From: Rhizodiscina lignyota
Taxonomy: Eukaryota
Length of the DNA stretch: 64,000 bases
Direction: 5' to 3'
Assembly (NCBI GenBank): GCA_010015805.1
Contig: ML978127.1
Location: 496,001-560,000 of the forward strand
The notes beneath the pieces were generated by a model. It did no database searches. It saw nothing but the letters and a program-made list of their open reading frames with translations, and was not told the origin of the DNA. Of the stretch, positions 38,436 to 50,371 are shown piece after piece (positions within the stretch are counted from its first letter, which is position 1; each line of letters starts with the position of its first letter). Both the position numbers and the translations under genes were made by a program.

Positions 38436-38870
38436 ATGACGACCGCCGCTGCAATGCCCAAAGCCTGCTGTGGGAAGGGTGATGGAACCTGCGTATGCGC
38501 CGCCGAAGCGAAGTGCTCTTGTGGCAAGAACTCAGCACTCCACTGCGATTGTGAGAAGTCGGCAACCGAGAATACGGTCGCAGGTGCTACGTGTTCATGT
38601 GGTATGTCTCGTCTCCAATTTGGCTTCGAATTCGTCACTGACTGATGGAAAAGGTCAGCGTGCGGCAGGCAAATGTACCTGCAGCAGATCGGCAACCGAG
38701 AACTCGGTCAGTGGAGCGACGTGTGCTTGTGGGAAGAGGGAGAAGGGTGAGTTCTAGATGCAATACGATGTGAATCTAACACTGACGGTCTTGAAGGCGC
38801 CTGCACTTGCGATGGGGCAGAAGTCGGTGGCGCAAGGGCGGAAGAGATTGATTTCACGACGAGAAAGTGA
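38436..38870 (+). CDS. Cys-rich metallothionein-like protein (Crd2-like copper resistance)
   Basis: Exons 38436-38601, 38654-38746 and 38797-38870. CC and repeated CxC motifs, a duplicated CxCxxSATENxVxGATCxCG module and C-terminal EIDFTTRK. Confidence 0.88.
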
Positions 38871-39109
38871 TCTAGCAACGATGGTGGTTTAGATGAGGCT
38901 TTCCATTGCATTCGGGATGATCGATACGATACTGGTTCGAAAGGGATTTGGACGGAACGGGTAACCTGTATTCTTAGACCTCTTTTTTCTGGTTTACGAT
39001 GGCAGATTTGGACTATGTACACCGAAACACTAAAAAATACTACAAGGAGTTCTCCAATCCAAAAACGCCGAAGCTCCAATTATCCAGTACGGTATTGGTG
39101 TCCATTCTT

Positions 39110-41360
39110 CTATCGGCCTCCCATCCGTTCGATATCACTCATAATCCTACTTTTGCCTGCACTGATAGAGCGATTCAAGCACGGAGTCGTGCCGGTTCCA
39201 CCAACTCGCCCAATCCTGCTTTCACCCAACCCGAACCCAGGGCCTTTCAGACCAGATGGCCTCGAGATGCTCTTCCGGAAGTCCTCAACCGCGGCTGGTG
39301 CCCCGGAATCAGCGGATAGTGCCAGCATTTCATCGACAGCAGCTACGAGCTCGCCCTTTTCCACCCGCTCAGCCTCCAGCTCCTTCACCAAAGCAGTATG
39401 CTGCGTTCTCATGCTGCGCACCTCCTCCGCTAGTCCAGCCATTCTTGCTTTGTGCTCTTCAAACTCCGCCTTCTGCTCCTCAAACCTTTTCCTGTCCTCT
39501 TGAAGTGCGCCAAGTTCAGATGGCAGTACATGCACTCCGCTGAGCGTAGCATCCTTTGCCGTCTGCAGCTCCTCATTTTGCTTCATCAGCTCTTCGATGC
39601 GGCGCTCTAGTTCGGCGGTGCGCTCTTTCGTCTTGGCTTCGAATCCTTTCTTCAGCCCAGCGACCTTTGTGACGTGCTTCTTCTTGTAGATGGCGTGTAG
39701 CTCAGTGCTGAGTGTGTGGATTTTCTCGTCGATTTGCTTCTGCACCTGCTCGGCGGTGTACATACCCTCGGTATTCCTCTTCTCGCCATCTGTGGTGTCG
39801 GTCTCATTCCCACTGATGACCTTGCTGTTTGCTTCCGCTGCTCTAGCTTCTGCATCCGCTCGCGCAGCATCGGCATCTTCGGCGCGTCTCTCGCTCTCTT
39901 CCAATTTTTGCGCCAATTCATCCTTTTCCCTCTCACCTGCGATGACCTCCTCTCGAATCTTCCTCAGCACATCCTCAAACTCCTTTCCTCTTCTCTCCCA
40001 GTCTGTCTTCTCCTTCTCTGCATACTCTCTTGCACTCTTCTCCTCTCTCACACTCTCTGCCGCCTCACCAGCCCTGCGCTCAGCATCTGCCACCGCACGC
40101 TTAAGGCTCTCAACTTCGGCCTCCCGCCCGCTTAGCGTCGCCTTGAGAGACGAAATTTCGGACAGGTGCTGCGATTTGAGGCTCTCGAGCTCGCGGATCG
40201 TGATGGTGGGAATGGAGCGAGGCGTCGGGGCAGGTGGGAGCTCAAAGTCGAGGAGGTTGAGGATCGTCTTCCTGCCGGTCATTGGCGTGCTGGCGGGCTT
40301 TGAGCTCTTGCCAGGCGAGCGCTGGTTATTGTAGAAGGATCGCAGGTCCGGCTCTGTATGCATCTTGGGAGGGGACCCGTGCGTGCGTTTGGATGGGGAC
40401 TCGCGGGAAGATAGAGAGGCGAAAGATTCGAATTGCTGCGTGAAGTCGATGAGGAGGTTGGTGGTATCGCCGTCTTTGACTGGAGACCTGGTGGTGCCAC
40501 GTGGAGTTGGCGATGGCGAGCGAGGGGACGCATCGTGTCTGCGTGATGTTCCCGGCGTGCGTGCGCCTCCAGCTCGTGGTGTCTGACGACCGTTCAGTTA
40601 GCACGGCACTCGAGCAAGCGCCGATTATACATACCTGTGCGAACCCGAAATTCTTGGTTGGGCTGCGTTGGCCAAGCTTGGCGAACGTAGTCATGTCCAT
40701 ATTGGGTACTTCTGAGAATGTGCTGAAGCAAGTGTCGTCAATGGTCGCATCCTCGTTAATTGTGAACGACGTCGTCTCAAAGTATTCAGATTCTTCTACC
40801 ACGCTATGCGCGGAACAACTCTGGCTTTGATTTCTCTCCATCATATTCATTGCCATTGTGAGCCCTTCGTTGTCACGAAGAGTCTTTTCCTCGTCGTTGA
40901 ACGCCTGCATACGCGCGGCGAAAGACTTATTCGGGCTGCGTAAAGTAGAGTTGACTGTGCTGGGTAGAGATGTAGGATTGTTCGGTACACGAGGAGTGAC
41001 TTCGATGAGCGGCGACCGAGCGGAGGCCTTTATGGTACTCATTTGTGGTTGCAAGGCTTCGTTCGATGGAGTGGCAGCTCGAGATGCTTTCAACTCTGGG
41101 GTTGACACCTGGACGGGCGACCGCTTTCTGGATGGCGTCTCGAGGTCAAGAAAGTCGTCCGCAGGCGGTTGATTTTCATCAACCTCGGTCTCGAATGGAG
41201 AGCTCGCCGTATCCCAGGTTATTTCGTCGTCGTCTAAGGGCTGCTTGGTGGCAGACGGAGCAGTGACAAAGGATACAATTGATCTGCCGGTTCTGAAGCC
41301 GGTGTCTGGAGTTCTTAAATTCACCGTCGTTGGTGAGAGTGGTGACAATGGACCGGCCAT
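39110..41360 (-). CDS. Coiled-coil protein with Slk19-like kinetochore/spindle domain
   Basis: Exons 41360-40635 and 40582-39110 join in frame. S/T-P-rich N-terminus and the motif LHAIYKKKHVTKVAGLKKGFE, which I associate with the Kinetocho_Slk19 domain. Confidence 0.78.
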
Positions 41361-41603
41361 TCTGTATGTTGCACAAGAGATGCTGGATTCGCTGACCGCA
41401 GATTTTCTGGGATGCTCGATGTTTGATGTTTACCAAATGTCCGAGTTCGGGGAATTGTAAACATGGGGCACGAGCCAGTTTGCAGCCGCTAGTCCCAGAG
41501 AGGAAATTACAACCACAACCCCAAATTGAAGGAGACGGGATTCAACTTTAGCAACGACTGCAAGAGGAGCCAGGGACGGATTACAGTAGGCTCTTTTATT
41601 GAT

Positions 41604-42830
41604 TCATAGGGTAAAACTGCCTTCACACTCCATCATAGCCCAACCAGAGTAATTGCAATTCGAACAACTTTCGCGACTAATGAGGATTGAAAACCGCAGT
41701 ACATAGTAAGCTCTTCGCCAGTCACTTACTGATTCTTTTTCTCCATCCAAGCTGGGTACCATCCACAACGCCGACATGACCAATGTGATTCGGCGTTTGG
41801 AGGCTGTCCTGTTGCATCCTTTGCGCAAATGAATACTTTAACGACAGTTGTGTCAGGGAAGAGTATCGTCCAGTCTTCTTCATCCGCCTCAGTATCAACG
41901 TCCTCAAACTCTGCATCTTCTTCCTGCTCGCTGGACTCTGTCATATCAGCTTTCTCACAGCATCCGGAATGGTAGATGAGTTGCTCGGGCCGAAGAGCTT
42001 CGTCGTTGTCTTCGCCGTTTTCCACCGTTGCGGTTTTGCTTGACTGTAGAGGCAGATTGACAACAGGGGATGCTGCAGGGGCATCCAAAGCGTCTGGTAT
42101 CGTCGGATTCACTGTAATGACCTGAGTACTAGTGCCGGCTTCTTCGCTTGTTAGAAGAGACGTTGGAGGGAAGAATTTGGAATGCTTCCTTTTGAAGTCG
42201 GAACTGATGGTACGTGGCCGATTGAGAAATTCTTCGGAGAATCCGTGACTGGGAAAATACGTTGTCATGGGAAAGAAACATGCCGCCGGTTTGTTCGGGT
42301 TCTCTGTTCTATATGCGTCGGAGTGTGGACTCAAGGACTGATGCTTCTCACACGTAGGAGGAGAAATCGACTTAAACAGGGCCTCACTGCTTCCAATGAA
42401 GCTCACGTCTTGCTCGCCTCCAGCAGCATTGCTGTCACGATATGTCGAGGTATGGGAGAAGAGCTGGTCAAGTTGCTCGAAAGGGATTGGATTCTTCAGC
42501 CATGATGTCCGATTGCTTGCGCTCTGTCTCGGTCTGGATGGAGTTGCAGGTGAAAATGCCCAGTTGGAACTTGCTGGTGAAGTGTCTCTCCAGGATAGTG
42601 CGTTAAATCTGTTTTCTGTGAAGATGTGAGCTTCGTTGCGTCAATGGTAGAGAGTGGCGACACTTACGGTGTGGCTCTGCAGCCCTGTTTCGAAGGGCTG
42701 ACAGGTCCAAAGTATCCTTCTTCGCCCGCTTCCAGGACCTCTCTTGGTCTTCGAAAGGCCGAGGTTCTTTTGGGCGTGGAAAGGCAAGGCGTCTTTCTGA
42801 CTTCTGTCGTGTCCTGCTGTCACGAGGCAT
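41604..42830 (-). CDS. Hypothetical protein with C-terminal CxxC..CxxC zinc ribbon
   Basis: Start MPRDSRTRQK, then two GTAAGT introns (the last is 41729-41677), giving WSCRRCGWYPAWMEKKNHRESCSNCNY before the stop at 41604. Confidence 0.6.
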
Positions 42831-43840
42831 GCCAATACATGGGGGGACAGTACGGGTTGATTAGCGACTTTGATGATGAGTCTTTGATGTGGAGGGTAGG
42901 AACTAGAGTACGTAGGAGTTGTTGCAACGAAGAAAGACTCGGAAAGAATATTTATCGACCATAACGAGCAGAAGCGGATGTGAGAGCAGAGTGTACTTTC
43001 CCACCGGCACACAGTACCGCCTGCCTCTCTCAGGACTTCACTGCAGAACATCATAAAGACCAACGAAACATGTACTGTAGTAAAATTCCCTGAGCCTTCG
43101 AGCGTGACAAGAAAACGGCCGCAGCGTTTCAGAGCATTGGACATTTTGTATGTATAGAGACTGGACCCAGTAAGGTATACAGTAGGTTTCAACGGTATAG
43201 TACTATGATATACACTCCAAAGAACACAGAACTATCCTTTCAGAGATGGCCTCGCTTACCTTGAAGTGCAGGAGCTGCTCGTCATTGTCCGGTGCAGCGC
43301 GCCCATCGGCCGTCTTATCACGCTCGAGGAACCGCGCACGTCGGTGTCGATGGCGTGTCAATATATTTCGTTTTGTTTCCCCAGCACGGAATTGAGACTT
43401 GAGTGTGGAGTGAGTGCTCCAGTCGGCTTCAGATCTGGTGGCGAAGATTAACCGCGGCCAAAGGAAGAAACGTTAATAATGAGGGGTCTCGCCGCGTCGG
43501 GGCAGGGACAAGGTAGCCTGACTAGCTGGGAGTGCGATGCCGGATGGCGGCTCTAAATGCATGCAAACGCAGAAATATGACACAATTGTTCGGCGGTGCG
43601 CTACTGTAGTAGCCCCTCAGTCGGCAGAGAGGAGTGCAACATCACCGTGGCTGCTCGGCACCTTTGCACCACTCACCACAAACGCTGACTCTTGCTCCAA
43701 CCACCACACCTCACTTACACACCTTCTTGCGACTCTGCCACTAGCAGCTCTCGCGCTCCAAAGATAATTGTCATCACCGTCGCCAGCAATTATCTTTGGA
43801 GCCGCAAACTCGCACACGATCACTGCTTCCGCTATCGGAT

Positions 43841-46164
43841 ATGTCTGACTCCGCGCCTGCCACCAGACCACGAATCGTGCCGGCAATCCCCCTCAACTTC
43901 TCCAAACCGCCGTCTGCGAAGGTACTCGCTACTCCAGAGGGCAGTTCGTCTTCTGGCCTAGAAAACCGGCAGGAGAACGCGGTAGTGAACGGTGCCAGTG
44001 TCAAGTCCGTCCAAACCGCCCCGCAACATGCCCCTCTCACTCCAGAGTCCAAGAGCTCCACACCAGCACACGGCGACCACGTGCAGAATGGCAGCACGGA
44101 GTTGAGTTACGGCAGTCAACGTGAGGAGAGCGGACAACGCAAAGGTACATTCTACACGCCCATTATCTTCCTGACCCGTGTATTCGCTGCCTAGAGCTTC
44201 GTGCTGACTGGGGATATCCACAAATAGACCACGTCTTACCCGCAACTCCTATATCGAACGGAGATAGTCACTCACCAACCCGAGACCGCAGAAATTCATA
44301 CACAAAGGATGTAGCAGAAGGCCAGAGTGGAAGTGGGCCCAAAGAGAGACCTCCCTCAAGTGTCTCAAATGGCATGCCAGCATTCTCCCCGCAGAGAGGC
44401 ACCTACCGCCTCCCACCACCGTTCTACCCATCGGAGAAGAGTAGCAGCCCAATATCCAAATCACACACCTCTCAAGTAGAGCAAACCAGCTCAGACACCC
44501 CCTCGAACATGCACCATCCACGCCCAAACGCAATGAGCCTTGTCTTTGGCGGCATGCCAGACTCTTCAAGCTCTTCTCCTGTGCCGTTCACACCCTCTGG
44601 TGCTTCCCAATACCAGATCCCTCCTGTATATCCATCTACGTTTACCGGAAATGTCAATGCTGCTCCTTTCTATCCATCGGTTGCCATGCCACCTTTCTCT
44701 GAAGCTCAAGTCGACGGTGGATATACTCCCATGACAGCAACTGCGCCGAGCTTTTCTCCCTTCGTTCCGTCACAGCCATGGCTTCCTCCTGGAGCATCAT
44801 TCCACTATGCTGTTCCTGCTGCCGCTATGCCGATACAATTCGGGCAACCATTAAGCCCCTCCCTGTCCCAGCATTCGTCAGCGAAAGCTGGACATGATCG
44901 GCGTGCCTCTCAGCAAGGTAGCTCTGAGGGATTAATGTGGCAGCAGACAGATGTCTTAGAGGCTTCCTCGCGACCTGGGACCGGCCAGGAGTCTGTTCGG
45001 GACTCGGCATGGGCTGAAGAACAGCCCCATCCCACGGTTACGGAACCTTCTTTGGAAGGACACATTCTTTCTCAGTTCGGAAAATATGACTATGCGGATT
45101 GTATTTTGGAGGTTTATCTTACCAACGAGCCTGATGCGCCGTTACGTTTCCCTGGTCATCGCTTACTCATGGTTCGAAGTCCCCGTCTTGCGGCCGAGCT
45201 TGCGACAGGCTCGGCAATGGCAGAGTTCGACCATCACGGTTTCAGGGTTTTGAGGTTGTGGGCTCCAAGCAGATTTGCAACGTCTTCTGCTATCATCGAA
45301 GCTCTCAGTTACCTGTACGGGGCTCCGGTAGAGGCAAAGAAGACGGAAGCTAGTGCAGAAGAAGCACGTCAATCGTCAGAGGAGGCAAAAGAGCGCCTCA
45401 CCCATGCCTTGAGCTGCGTTGCTGCTGGATCGATATTGGAACTACCGGAATATGCTCAGCACGCACTGGAGGATGCATTTTCTCTTCTGTGCTTCCATAC
45501 TGTTGAACAAGCACTGTCATTCGCACTTGACAAGTCTCAAACAGCAGATATATCAGGATCGAGTTTCGTTGAGGCTGAAGTCCCGACCGAGGGGAGCGAT
45601 GGCCGTCCGAATGGAGGAATCCATGAGGAATCTGCGACGTCGTACGAGGGCCAACTCCTTGACAAAACCCTCGAATTTCTCATTCAGAACTTCCCTGACG
45701 ATTTCTCACTTGACACGGCAGCCGCTCAGCTGATACACACTCCTCGGTTACCCCCCTCTTTGGTCTCTTCACGACCATCTGTATCTGATCCCCGTTTTAG
45801 CCGCATCAAATTCGGAGATATTAATGGCGAGGCACCGACGGAGGAAAAGCATGTCAGCGGCGTTATTTCGAGCATATTACTTTCCTTACCATTTTCCACA
45901 CTGGAGCGTCTGCTCGGCGTTTGGGGCCGAAGCGCAGGACTATCACCGACCAAGCCCTCAGAGCTGATGCAGGCCGTCATTGACGAGCGAGAGCGACGTC
46001 GATTGAAAGCTCTTAGAGCCAGTAGATCGTCGAAGCATGCACACTCGAAGAGGGACTCTGGAGTCTGGGAGAATCTGTACTGGGAAGAGCGGGTCGATGA
46101 CTCAAAGCTCTCTCGGACGCGAAAGCAAGACGACAACGCTACTGATGTAGCAGCAAACAAGTAA
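43841..46164 (+). CDS. Fungal protein with Pro-rich N-terminus and BTB/POZ-like domain
   Basis: Exon 43841-44144, intron 44145-44194, then a long exon with the BTB-like pattern FGKYDYADCIL..FPGHRLLMVRSPRL..ALSYLYG. Confidence 0.8.
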
Positions 46165-46861
46165 TCGCCATGTGCTCCTTCCCAATTCTTATGGGGTCTT
46201 CCCTTATGAGGTATGAGTATGAGTTACGGGGTTGAACATGTTGCAGGAGTGATCTCATGTTTGCATTGCAAAGCGTGGCGGCGTTAAAAGTTCACATGCG
46301 ATGATGTTTTGCGATGATGTTTTACGATGAAGGCAATCATGTCGATGACTCAATGGGATGCATTTCGGACTGGCATACGAAAACTTGATGGGACATTAAC
46401 TAGCGACATCGGACAGGCTTCTTTCATCGCGTCGCGATCAGGCCGAGACAACGTTATCCTTCAACGGTATGAGGGTTTGATTTCGAATTCGGCGGCGACA
46501 TGCTCATATGTTGAACGGCTCCTGGCTGACTCTATAAATCTGAAAAGATTCTTCCCCGAAATGGTCATTAGTAGCTGGCTCGTTCTTTTCTTGATTAATC
46601 AGATTTTTTAGGAGTACGACTTAGAATGGAAAGTGTTTAATCATACATTCACGAGCTGGCAATCATCTTCCTCATCAACTCGATACGAATAGCCACGAAA
46701 TGACTGGCGCTTCTGATCGAAGGGGTTCATTCTGGTCAGCCTTGTGAATCTGTGAGCCTTCTGCATCATGGATTGTTTTTGAGGTGGTAGAGATGCCTGC
46801 GAGGATCCACCAAAGCCCCGAACGCCGCACAGGCCAACGCCTATGGCATTCTCGCGATTGT

Positions 46862-46887
46862 CTCCACTCTCCACTCCACTCTCCACT
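46862..46887. repeat. Short CTCCA(CT) simple repeat
   Basis: Sequence ctccactctccactccactctccact. Confidence 0.6.
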
Positions 46888-47727
46888 GATCCAGCGCTCG
46901 GTGTCCACCTGCGTAGATTCCATATCCGGGTAACAGGGCGAATACGGGGATCTCCGTTTGATATACTGGCCACAAGAGCGGTATTGTTAAGCATAATGTC
47001 CCACAGCGGAGTGGAGACTAATCAACGACTTGGAGTTCGCCTTCACCCGTTTCATGTCGAGCTTGCGAGAAATGTGAACCTCAAGCCACGAGGAGCAGAA
47101 TTTTGACACCGTAACCTAGGGACTGGAGACCTTAGAAGCCGTGGTGCCGTGGAATATTGTTCAAAATGTACCCAAAATATGACTGCATAACAGCTATAGC
47201 AAATCGCCCTGCATGTATATCCGATGTTTGAGATTCACCGCCGCAATATCCAGGATTCACAGATGGCCAGCCATGTGCTCTCCACGCGGCAGTACTAAAT
47301 GCCACTCGCTCGTAACCCGGGGTTAGGCCTTCGCTCTTCGGCACTCGCTCTTGATGCTTGACTAGGAAATTATGTAGGCATGCCATGGCGCGCATCAGTG
47401 CCTCAGTGCCTCTGATAGCACGCAACCCGGCTGGTCGGCACCATTGGTGCGGAGCACGGTATTCTAAGGAGAATCGGAGCGCTTGCCATTTACTCTAGCC
47501 TTAGTCTGGGCCTTTTAAAGACTTGCATCTATCACGGGAAAAATCCTGTGACTTTGATATCAAGATTGACTTTCTCTCCACCATTGCGCATGCTGGACAC
47601 ATTCCTCAAGGCCTTTTTTAAAGTTCGTTAAGGTTCTCTCGGTTGTTCCCGACGTCAGCACTTGTTGCTCCCCGCCAATCGGTACCGTCTCTGCGATAGG
47701 CTCTGTTCGCTTCGCTGCCCCGTGCGC

Positions 47728-49476
47728 ATGGAACACAGTTCTAACAACGGCTTCCACGGTGAAGAGAAGGATAAGGAGATCTTAGGGAATTCGGATTTGA
47801 GAGCGGAGTCGCTCGCGAGCCAGGAGCGACTGGGGGAGAAGAGCGTCGAGAATGGAGCGATCAGAAAGGAGACGGACAGCCCGTCGTCTGTCGACTCGGT
47901 CGCGGTCGAAAAAGATTGCGACCCAGAAGTCCAGGATGTGAGAGTGGAGGGCATCAACGACAACGACAACGACCTCGAAGCTGCGACAAAAGTTGCAAGC
48001 CATGTGCCCTCTGTGAGAGACCTGACTACGATTCCAGATGGAGGAACGATGGCCTGGCTGCAGGTTGTGGGCAGCTTCTTTTTGTTTTGGAATTCCTGGT
48101 GAGTATTGCCTGTGCAATTCAACATCGTACACAATATTAGAGCACCCTCGTGAAGACCTTCAAGTCCATGACTATCCTCATCACAATTTCAAATCTGGCC
48201 CTGGATTTGGGACCCAATCTTATGCATGAATTCCATCTCTACACAAAACGAAACGAGAAATGGTAACTACCGCTCGCTGACTTCATACCTCAGGGGCATT
48301 ATAAACACCTTTGGCGTCTACCAAACGTACTATCAAGAGGAACTACTCTCGAGCAACAGTCCATCATCAATAGCATGGATCGGCAGTATCCAAGCGTTCC
48401 TTCTACTCTTTGTTGGCGCGTTTTGCGGGCCACTCTACGACGCTGGTTACTTTCGCCAGCTCATAATGACTGGGACATTCTTCCTTGTCTTCGGCCACAT
48501 GATGCTCAGTCTGTGCAAGGAGTACTGGCAGGTATTACTTGCGCAGGCGTTTTGCACAGGTGCTGGGCCAGGCTTCTTGTTTGTCCCCAGCGTGGCGATA
48601 CTGTCAACGTATTTCAGGAAGAAGATCGCGTTCAGTGTTGGAGTCGCAGCTGCAGGTAGCAGTCTTGGTACGTTATGCGACTCATGTTGCATATAATTTG
48701 AGCCGTTTCTGACGCTGTCTCTAGGCGGAGTCATCTATCCCATCATGCTCCACAAACTGATTCCTCAGGTCGGGTTTGGCTGGGCGGTGCGCATTATAGG
48801 CTTCACGGTCTTAGCTACTCTCATGGTACCGAACACAGTGATGAAGATGCGGGCGAGACCAGCTTCAAAGCGCAAGGCAGTTGACTGGACCGCCTTCCGC
48901 GACCTACCGTTCATGCTCTTCACGCTATCCAGCTTCGTCGGCTTCATGGGGCTGTACATGCCCTTCTTCTACATCGAGAGCTTCGCCATCTCGAGAGGCA
49001 TCACAGACGCAAACTTGGGCTTCTATCTGCTTTCGATTATCAACTCAGCGTCGACATTCGGACGAGTCCTCCCGAACTTCGTTGCCGACAGAATCGGCCC
49101 CTTCAACGTCTTCATCCCGGCGACGCTGTTGAGCGGCATCATCACCCTGTGCACGATCCCTGTAAACAGTCTCGGTGGCATAGTGTGCATCTGTGTCTTC
49201 TACGGCTTCTGTTCTGGCGCATTCGTCTCCGTACCCCCGACCATCATGGTTCATCTCACGGACAACCGGGGCATGATTGGCACTCGAATGGGAATGTCGT
49301 TCGGATTCACGTCCATTGGCATGCTGATTGGTGCCCCAGTGGGCGGCGCAATATTAGATTCTGGAGGCTACACCGCCGTCTGGATATGGGGTGGTGTGCT
49401 GATCTGCTCGGGTGGTATGCTTACCACTCTGGCGCGGATAGCGAAATACGGGCCCAACCCGATCAAAAGAGCATGA
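47728..49476 (+). CDS. MFS transporter, monocarboxylate porter (MCH-like) family
   Basis: PDGGTMAWLQVVGSF..NSWGIINTFGVYQTYY, WIGSIQ and GPLYDAGY motifs; introns 48099-48293 and 48668-48724; many TM segments. Confidence 0.93.
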
Positions 49477-50371
49477 CCCTGGAGATACCGTTGGAACTGT
49501 GCAACATTCATTGTTTATGACAAGAGCATTGGAAGCTAGTACTCCATTGCGGGGAAGGCATCCTGGTGTATGGCGTACTCATAGGGCCGACTTCATGTGT
49601 AGTAAGCATATCGCGATAGGGCTGGGCATCACCGATTATGGGATGGGAGGAATTGAATGTACCTACACGATGGAGTCTATATCTCACGAAAGAACATCAA
49701 TGCTTTCCAAGACTGTATTCTGGCTGTTTTGAATTGCCTGTCCCGAAACAGTTCTGCACTGGCCGAAAAGGGCATGTCGAGGGCGTGTTCGAAGATAAGG
49801 TTCCAACGGAGGCGTAAGGAGCGCATAAAGGGGGAAGGAAGTATTGATGACGTTCCCTTGACGGCCGGCCAGGGGGACGGACTTGGACTTGCCTGTCTGC
49901 CAGGCGCTGCCGCTGCGGGGCACATCGAAAGCCCATCTTGGCCGCACCAACCCAATGCACCTCCAAGCTACGAATGTGCTACTACAATCCTGCTGCTTGA
50001 CCTCAGCTCCTCACCTCGACGAGCGTCCTCCCTCCCTGGATTAATTCTGCGCAAAGAGGATGCCCTGTTGAGCAGGATTTTCCCGCCTCTGCGTCTTCCC
50101 GAGGCTGCTCAACACTCCCTCGCCCGGTGAAAGCTTACTGCGCAAATCCCCACGCGATCCCAGACAGCGACCAACACCTCTTTCGACACTCTCAGCATCT
50201 CACACGGCTAATACACACTGTCAAATTACTATCACCACCTCTCCCGTTTTATCTGGCCTCGCCGCATGTCTCGATACTTCGACGATATGACCCGACGGTG
50301 TCGTTAGTCGAGCTTCCGCGAGTCCCGGTTTATCAACGAGTCAGGCCCTCGACACTGAACCTCTTCACAAA

